A stretch of DNA of 64,000 nucleotides. Source: Rhynchopus sp. YZ270_cl-10 (taxonomy: Eukaryota). The stretch is from the NCBI GenBank assembly GCA_964035575.1, contig OZ037843.1:1612001-1676000 (forward strand), read 5' to 3'. The notes under the pieces were generated by a model. It did not search any database, was not told where the DNA came from, and saw nothing but the letters and a program-made list of their open reading frames with translations. Numbering within the stretch: the stretch's first letter is position 1; the number at the start of each line of letters is the position of its first letter. Positions 33,477 through 42,000 of this stretch are shown piece after piece. A program made the translations under genes and the position numbers.

Positions 33477-35987
33477 ATGCCGTCTCCTGTGTTCTTCGCG
33501 TACTTCCGCCGTGCGCTGCTCGCGTTCGTCTTTGTTGCGATCGGGATGGCTCTGTACCTTGGAGGTGAGACCCATGCAGCCACGATGACCGTGCATCTGC
33601 TCGTCCTTTCGACGACAACGTACCTGATGGGTGAGCGTGCGGCGGGGACGAGCGGCGACCACTCCTCGTATATGGGGATGTTGGTGTGGGTGGTGTACCT
33701 GTGTGTGCTGTGCTTTGTGCTGGTCACGTCCATGATGCTCTCAGTGGACAAGCCGTACCTGGGGCTGTGCTACCTCTCTGTGTACACGTGCTCCACTGCC
33801 TACGCAGGCGGGAAGGTTGCTCTTGTGACGCTGTTGGTGGAGCGCCTCCGCATTCTGCGTGATGCCTCGCGTGACGCACCGCTCTCGAGGTGGAAGGACC
33901 GGCATTGGCTTGCCATGATGGGTTTGATGGTGCCGTACCTCGGGTGCGGATCGATACTGCTCGCGAACATACACGCCAACATCAGTAAGACGAATACGTG
34001 CTTCCTGAACATACAGCAAATATCCACTATTTCGATGCTTTCGTGGAACACTTTTGCGTCGCTCGTCATCGGCTTCTCCTTCGTCTGGGAGACTGTGAAG
34101 CTGCAGAGGTTCAGAGATGGGTCCAAATCCTTGCGTGTGAGTCTGAGAGGTGTGCATCCAGCTGGTGCCGTCGTCGCCTGCCTGATTTACATCACCTTCT
34201 CCTGCGCCAACATCATCTCCCTCATCTACAACGAGCATCAGCACTACCGCACCTGTCTGACGCTGTGTGTTTGTGATAAGTGGTTCGGCATGTTCGTGAC
34301 AGACTACATGTCAGGGCTGGTGGCAGACATGGAGAAGGTGCGCACAGACGCGGAGGAGGCAATGGACGCAATCGCCGTGATGGAGCTGGACAGACTGGAG
34401 CATCTGGAGCGTGAGCCAACGTCGCGTGTGCAGGCGTCGCTTGCGCGCATCATCGGCCTGCTGCGGGACATTAAGCAGTTCATCCCAAGCACGTACCTTG
34501 CGTCGCTCAAGGCTGACAGTGAGGATGTGATTGAGGACGACGCCTACAACGTCACACTGACACGCACAGATGCACCTGGGACAGTGTCTGGCCGTGCTGC
34601 CATTGTCTTCACAGACATTGTGTCGTCGACACAGCTGTGGGAGGCCTGTCCTGAGGGCATGGCGAAGGGCATGCGTCTGCACAACAAGACCGTCCGCGAC
34701 TGCATTGCTGAGATGAACGGGTACGAGGTGAAGACGATTGGGGATGCCTTCATGGTGTCCTTCGACACGTCGCACGAGGCAGTCAGCTTTGGTGTGCTTG
34801 TGCAGGAGCGGATGTACGGGCTCACGTGGCCGCAGGAGTTGGTGGACTTCAGCCTTGCACCGAAAGAAGAGAAGGAGAGCAAGGTCGGCATGCAGCTGCG
34901 CATCGGTGTGAATGCAGGCGACACGCGTGTGGAGTTCAACGGCATCACAGGACGTGCAGACTACTTCGGCCCCACGGTGAACGTTGCAGCACGCATTGAG
35001 TCACGTTGTGTTGCTGGGTCGGTGGCAGCACCACAGGCGGTCTACGACGAGTGGAAGACGGCGTGTGGCGACAGCGGGCTCAGCGTTGCGATGGGTGACA
35101 TTGAGCTGAAGGGTGTGGGCCAGAAGGTGTCTTTGGTGTGTGTGATTCCCTCTTCGATGCCGTGGCGTGAGAAGGCTGTCAAGGCACTACTGCGGAGACC
35201 AAGCCTTACTGGGAAACTTGATCCAAAACGTTCGATGTGTTCCACAAGGTCTTCAGCGCACACAGCTACAAGGGTGCACGAGCGCAAGCAAGACTTCGAA
35301 GGCAAACTCGCAACAGTGGCACGCATTGAGCTGCGCTTCACCGAAACCTCAGGAGACCCCATCGGGAGCTTGAACGAGAAGCTTGGGAAGGTGATCGGCT
35401 CGCTGGAACGGACAGAAGGCTCCATCACAGCCCTCTTCGGGTCGCACGTGATTGCGGGTTGGAACACATCACGTCGGAACATGAACCACGTGCAAAGCTC
35501 CTTCGTGTTCTGCCAGATGCTGCACAAGTCGACAATGTGGGCCTACTCAGACGGCCCTGTGTTTGTCGGGCTGTGCACGGGCACAGTGTACGCAGCGACA
35601 CTGGGTGCAGCAGGACAGCGCTTCATGACAAGCATTGGCGCGTGCCTGGGGATGGCAGGACACGTGCTGCACCGGAGCATCAACCACAGGGTGTTTGCGC
35701 TGTACTGCACACTTCTCGACACACCTGTGACATATTCGGCTTCGACACGTCCTGTGCTGAGGTGGGATGTGAAGCGTATTCGTGGGACAGCGACTGCTGA
35801 TGTGCACGAGGTGTGCCTTGAGACCAATGACTTTGAGGAGGAGCTGGAGTGGGGCTGGACACAGGATTACTGGACTGCTTTTGCTGAGGGGAATGAGAAG
35901 CAGATTCGTGAGAAGTGCGAAAGCAACACGTGTTTGATGGACATGCTTAACACTGTGTGTGACACGTCTGTGTTCCTTTATTGCTGA
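33477..35987 (+). CDS. GPCR-like multi-TM receptor adenylate cyclase, paralog 5 (836 aa)
   Basis: Same architecture and catalytic motifs. The C-terminal half is almost identical to paralog 2. Confidence 0.92.
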   Translation: MPSPVFFAYFRRALLAFVFVAIGMALYLGGETHAATMTVHLLVLSTTTYLMGERAAGTSGDHSSYMGMLVWVVYLCVLCFVLVTSMMLSVDKPYLGLCYLSVYTCSTAYAGGKVALVTLLVERLRILRDASRDAPLSRWKDRHWLAMMGLMVPYLGCGSILLANIHANISKTNTCFLNIQQISTISMLSWNTFASLVIGFSFVWETVKLQRFRDGSKSLRVSLRGVHPAGAVVACLIYITFSCANIISLIYNEHQHYRTCLTLCVCDKWFGMFVTDYMSGLVADMEKVRTDAEEAMDAIAVMELDRLEHLEREPTSRVQASLARIIGLLRDIKQFIPSTYLASLKADSEDVIEDDAYNVTLTRTDAPGTVSGRAAIVFTDIVSSTQLWEACPEGMAKGMRLHNKTVRDCIAEMNGYEVKTIGDAFMVSFDTSHEAVSFGVLVQERMYGLTWPQELVDFSLAPKEEKESKVGMQLRIGVNAGDTRVEFNGITGRADYFGPTVNVAARIESRCVAGSVAAPQAVYDEWKTACGDSGLSVAMGDIELKGVGQKVSLVCVIPSSMPWREKAVKALLRRPSLTGKLDPKRSMCSTRSSAHTATRVHERKQDFEGKLATVARIELRFTETSGDPIGSLNEKLGKVIGSLERTEGSITALFGSHVIAGWNTSRRNMNHVQSSFVFCQMLHKSTMWAYSDGPVFVGLCTGTVYAATLGAAGQRFMTSIGACLGMAGHVLHRSINHRVFALYCTLLDTPVTYSASTRPVLRWDVKRIRGTATADVHEVCLETNDFEEELEWGWTQDYWTAFAEGNEKQIREKCESNTCLMDMLNTVCDTSVFLYC

Positions 35988-36062
35988 AGGTGCTATTTTC
36001 CTTCCTACCCCCACAAGAGGGCATGTGACACCGCAAAAATGCGGTTTTTTGAGGTTCTTTTT

Positions 36063-37250
36063 TTTTTTTTTTTTACTGGTTTTCTTCCTTGCTTTCGTAT
36101 TTTTTGTTTTCTGTATCTATGTGGATCCCCCCCAGTGAACCGTTTGGGACCCCGCTCTGCCGTGGCAGTCGTGGTTAGCGTTGTCATGTTTGTCTGTAGC
36201 ACACAAGTAAGAAGAGAGACTCTAGGTCTCATTGGCGTCTGTTTCTCAAAAGTTTGGTTGTTGTTCTACTCTTGTGGGTTGCCGTTTAACGGAAGCGCCT
36301 CCCCATTTACCACGAAAATCGGGGGGAACATACAGGCTGCACAGATCTCCCCCCACTATGTGGCAGTCGAGCCTTGTTACGTGGCTCCCTGGCCTGACTG
36401 CGAACTCCGCGCAACCTCACACGAGGTTAACCACGGAGTCAAAAGGAAAAAGAAAATATGATAAAAAAAAAATTTATAAAGTGCACCCAAGCCCCCCGGG
36501 GCCTGGGCACTTTATAAATTAAAAGGAAAAGCAATGATTTGTTTTTTTTTGTTTTTTTTTTTTTGTTTTTTTTTTTTTGCTTTTTTTTTGTTTTTTTATT
36601 GTTTTTTTTTTGAAAAGTAAAAAGTATGTTTGAAAGTGTAACACACGTCTTCGTAGAAGACGGCGTTCCGCACATGTTTTGTCTTCGCAACCGTCAGTTG
36701 CGCTGGTCGTGGTGCCGCAGGTACGTCCTGGGCTTGCTTTTTGTTCGTGGTTTTTTTTTCTCTTTTCTTTATTGTTTCAAGTTTTGGCCGGCGTCTCCTC
36801 AGCAGGTGTTGCTCCGCACGAGTTCAGGCAGGCTGGCCTCTGTCAGTTTTGCCGCGCTGATGTACTTCAGGCACAACTGGGGTTGCTCTAGCAGTAAGAA
36901 CTTGAGCGACTTGTTTGGCAGTAGGTCTGTCCTTAGTGCCTTGGTGGCTGAACACACTTTGAACATATGTTTCAGTGTCGCCTTTGCTTTTGCCGTGCAG
37001 TTGTTGCAGCGTGCCACGTCGTTGCTGCCCATGTAGTCGAACAGCGCAGGGTGGCGCTCTGTCCGCAGCAGTCTCATCTGCACTGCTCCCCGCCGCGTGA
37101 GCTCCGGTGTGCTCAGCTTGGGTCGCGCCACTCCCTTCGGGGTGTCCGCCGTGATCGTGCTGTAGAGTTCGCTCGCCGGTTGGGGTGTGTAGCTGGAGCA
37201 GACTGCGCGTATCGCCGCTTTGCACGCGAGGAGCGTGAGTGGTTCCTCCT
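36063..37250 (-). mobile_element. 5'-truncated non-LTR retrotransposon (ingi/I-clade-like 3' end)
   Basis: Minus-strand ORF remnant at 36799-37131 with LLRTERH..C-x2-C-x8-H-x4-C, typical of LINE ORF2 C-termini. A poly(A) tail lies at the left end, with TSD GTTCTTTTT at 36054-36062 and 37251-37259. The empty site is seen in the paralogous flank at ~22980-23010. Confidence 0.8.
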
Positions 37251-37893
37251 GTTCTTTTTGAGACGGGTTTACGCAAAATTATGAATGCAAATTGATGAAA
37301 TTTAGTTTACATCTTGCTTTTCCAAGCGTGTATGTTGAAAAAAAAATAGGGCAACAGTATTCCGACAAGTGCGTAGCGACACCTCCCTTGCGAGCTCAGA
37401 ATCCAAGGTGTTTTCAACTTTGTGTCAACAGGCCAAGGCTTTGGTTTTTGAAGAGACCAAAGACTGTTTGATAATAGCAACAGGGCGTCAGTGGTTAAAA
37501 CTCTTTACATCTCAGAGAGTCTTGCACTGACGATGTCCCCCTCTGATACTACGTGTGGCCTATGTTTTACGTGCCGACAATTGCTGCTATGGCGTATCTC
37601 ATCCACCGCACGAGATCCAACGTATGTGATTTTCCAACAATTTCTTTTGTACGAGTATGCAATACGTCTAAATGAATTGACGCGCTCTTCGGTTGTCATG
37701 AGTTTTACCGTTTTCCCCTTCCCCCTTTGTGCTCCACCTCTCCACCGTACTTCAGTACGCGGGTTTTTCGGGGGTTTTCGGGACTTTTGGGGTGTGAACG
37801 AAGGATGGATGCGATCAACAAACAACGAATAAAGAAGGGGGGGACCTTTAAATTCCCTTCAAGGGGGGGGTCACCTGGGGGGGGGTGTGTCAT

Positions 37894-37930
37894 TAAGGTG
37901 ACTAAGCACGAGAGGCTTAGGGTCATCTTA
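37894..37930 (+). repeat. Dispersed hairpin repeat family B (TAAGGTGACTAAGCACGAGAGGCTTAGGGTCATCTTA); copies ~545, 1075, 23813, 37894, 46645; partial ~5257, 45484, 45574
   Basis: Recurrent ~37-nt stem-loop. All copies seen are on the + strand. Confidence 0.85.
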
Positions 37931-38999
37931 TAAACTTTTCCTTTCATTTCCTGCACACTAGAGGCCCACTGCTGACATAATAACGGCTCAGTTGTGCCAG
38001 CAAAATGGAAAGGAACGTCTCTACGGCGAAGTTCCCCTATCATCCCTTGTGGCCACTCTTCCTTTCCTCAGAGACGAAGGGGTGCATCGTAACACGCTTT
38101 CCCTTTTCTCTGTTCAACGTTCCCACTAACACATAACCACATTATCCACACAACACACCACAGGGCGTCTACCAATTCCTCTGGGGCGGAACGGTCGGAC
38201 CTGTAGACATACAGTACAGTGGTGTCGTTTCGTGTTTTGTTACGTGATAATGCAGGCAACAGAAGAAAAACTGCGGCATGCAATGTATGCGTTTAGGACT
38301 GACACATGATGTACTGAATTCTTATCAACTCCTTTATGTTTTACACAGACCCCTTTACACGACCCCTTTCACCCACCCCTTTGATGGCAACTTCTGTGTT
38401 TTTCAGCACTTGAATGCAACGAGCCAAACCAATATTACGGGTGCGCAATATTACGCATAATTATGGGTAAAAATTGGATGGTGGGTGCACAACCGAGGCA
38501 ACTACACTAATCCAACAATTTATAAAAAAAAAAATAAGACGCAAATATTGTATCCAGCAGTGCAGGCTGGATTTAGCTCCAAAAAAAGAGGTTCTACAGC
38601 AACAGAACACAATTCTTTTATTTTTTTCCCCCACTCCCACCCCTTTTCTCACACGCAACACCAAAAAAAAAAAAAAAAATCTTAGCCTGGTAAAAGGGCT
38701 TTTCATTTTTGCTGCTCTCAAGGGTTCAGGACGACTGATGTCTATACCTTGGTACAAAGGCTTCTGCCAACATTCATTGGCCCTCCTTCTGTGATTGTCG
38801 ACAATAAAAGGCAGTGCAGTGCAACCGTACCTTCCTTTTTTTTCTTCTTCTTTCCCTCGTTCTCTTACGGTACGGGGAAGTCATTAGGTTTCCTTTTTCG
38901 CATCTACTGTTGCAGGCCGCAGGGTACTCCTTCCTATGATTTTCATCCGGATGGCTGGCATCGTACATGGGTCAAGTCAGGGAGGTGCCTGCATCACAG

Positions 39000-39071
39000 T
39001 TTTTCTTTTCTTCTTTCCCTCCCCACCCTTCTTCCAGTCTCTCTCTCCCTCCCTCCCTCTTCCCCTCCCAG
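39000..39071 (+). promoter_or_regulatory. Polypyrimidine tract + AG acceptor (putative trans-splice site) directly abutting the ATG
   Basis: ~70 nt of almost pure C/T ending cccctcccAG|ATG. Confidence 0.6.
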
Positions 39072-42000
39072 ATGATACTCCGTCTGCGTTACGTGATTGC
39101 AGGGGTGCTGTGTGGTGTGTGCGGGTGTAGCGCAGGGGGTCCCCCTCCTCCCGCTGCTCCACCCTCGCCTCAGTTCTTCGGCGATGTTGTGACGGGTGAT
39201 GTACCAAGCTCGGTTTATAAGAACGATAAGAATGTCCACATTGCTGCTGGAGACACGTTGACACACACACAGGTTTCATCTAGCCCGCTTCAGATCGTAA
39301 TGCACGACTCGCGGAGCTTTTCTGGGATGCTGTGGTGTACGTTGACAGCGTTTGACGACGCGGGGGTCGCAAAGATGTTTGCGGCAATGCGCATGGCAGA
39401 CGGCATTCACTACATTGTGCTCGACATCGACCCTGCAGCACCGTCGTACACAGGCGATTTGTATATGATCCCAGGGAGTCCCAGCGTTAAGACAAATGTC
39501 GCGACACAGTGCCTTCGGGATTTGGATCTCGTGTACGTCTGCGCAGACACTGCCACGTTGTACATCGTGGACACCTCGGTGCATACGGTCACGCCCTTCT
39601 CGTTGCCAGGGAACTGTTTGGACATCGCCGAGGACGCGTCGCGTGCTATATTGTATGTGGCCTTTGCTAATGAAGTGCGTGTGTATGATAACAGCCTGCC
39701 AAATGCGCTGAGCGAGCAGGTCGCAAACCGGCACAACATCCCAGGGTTCGTGCGGCTCGCGCACTCACCCGTGAAGGATATGATGATGCTGTTCTCAGAC
39801 TACGGCGCGCCGCCCACACAAGCAGTGCAGAGCTACTACTACACAAGCGTGCTTCCGGAGGACACAGTAGAGGAGTCGACCGTGCCGCGTCTGGTCGACT
39901 TCAGTGGTGGGCACTGCATCGTGTACGACAAAACAAACGGCGACCTGTGGTACTACGACTACGTGATATCTGGCGTGCACTACCTCTGGGTCAACAGCGT
40001 ATCAGGCGCGATCAAGTGGGGCGACGGCCCTGCGCCAGGACCCTGGATCGACGTGTATGTCCATTCGAATAAGTGGCTCTTCTTTTTCTCCTCCTCTGGT
40101 GTGCAGTACTGGACAACAGACTCCGTCTTCTTCGGTGTCCCACCTCCACCACCGACACCACTTCCACCAACACCAGCTCCAGCAACACCGTCACCACCAA
40201 CACCGTCACCAGCAACACCAGCTCCAGCAACACCTGCGCCTGCAACACCGTCACCACCAACACCTGCTCCACCAACACCGTCACCAGCAACACCTGTGCC
40301 TGCAACACCGTCACCAGCAACACCGTCACCACCAACACCAGCTCCAGTAACACCTGCACCAGCAACACCGTCACCACCAACACCTGCTCCACCAACACCG
40401 TCACCAGCAACACCTGCGCCTGCAACACCTGTGCCTGCAACACCGTCACCAGCAACGCCAGCTCCAGCAACACCAGCTCCAGTAACACCTGCGCCTGCAA
40501 CACCGTCACCACCAACACCTGCTCCACCAACACCGTCACCAGCAACACCTGTGCCTGCAACACCTGCACCAGCAACACCGTCACCACCAACACCTGCTCC
40601 ACCAACACCGTCACCAGCAACACCAGCTCCAGCAACACCTGTGCCTGCAACACCGTCACCAGCAACACCTGCTCCAGCAACACCTGCGCCTGCAACACCA
40701 TCACCAGCAACACCTGCTCCAACATCACCAGCTCCAGCATCACCATCACCAGCAACACCTGCTCCAGTAACACCTGTGCCTGCAACACCGTCACCACCAA
40801 CACCAGCTCCAGCAACACCTGCACCAACACCGTCACTAGCAACACCAGCTCCAGCATCACCGTCACCACCAACACCAGCTCCAGTAACACCTGCACCACC
40901 AACACCAGTACCTCCACCAACGCTTTCACCTCCCACACTGGCACCACCCACCCCTGCTCCTGCTACACCTGCACCGCAAACGCCGAGTCCACCAACTCCT
41001 TCACCTGTCACACTTTCTCCCATTCTACCAGCACCTCCAACACCTTCGCCACTGACACCCGCTCCAGCGACACCAGCACCACTGATCACGTCACCGCCTA
41101 CACAGAGCCCAGCAACGACCTCACCTGCTACACTTACACCGGTACCACTGACACCAGCTCCGCTGACTCCTTCACCTGCAACACCAGCACCTGTTACCCC
41201 GTCACCGCCAACACTGGCACCACCCACCCCTGCTCCTGCAACACCAGCACCACTGACCCCGTCACCTGCAACACCTGCATCACTGACACCGGCACCGCAA
41301 ACCCCGAGCCCACCAACTCCCTCACCTGCCACACCGTCACCGGCCACACCTGCGCCGCTTACCCCACCGACACCAGCTCCAGTAACACCATCACCTGCAA
41401 CACAATCACCTGCAACACAATCACCTGCAACACAATCACCGCCAACACCGTCACCAGCGACTTCTTCACCTACGCTGTCGCCACTAACCTCTGCTCCTAT
41501 TTCTCTAGCACCAACACAGGTGCCAACACCTTCGCCAACACCATCGCAAGCACCTTCACCTGTTACACCGTCACCAACGAGCCCACCAACACTGATCCCA
41601 ACACAAGCCCCGACACCACCGCCAACGCTGACACCACCCACCCTTGTTCCAGCAACACCAGCGCCACTGACACTTTCGCCAACATCTGTTGCACCGTCAC
41701 CAACGACGATCCCAGCAACACCCATCCCAACACTAAGCCCAACACCTTCACCACCTACACCCACCCCTCTCTCGCCACCACCACCAACACCTTCACCTGC
41801 AACGGCTGCACCGCTGACGACACCTCCTTTCACATCACCTGCGACACCTAGCCCACTGACTTCCAGCCCACTGACTGGCGTGCCTGCGACGCTCTCGCCG
41901 GATACTCCTGCACCGCTCACAACTGCACCACTGACAGCAGCACCTTCCACGCCTGCACCACCCTCAGGACCGCCCACACCAACCCAGGCACCCACCGCTG

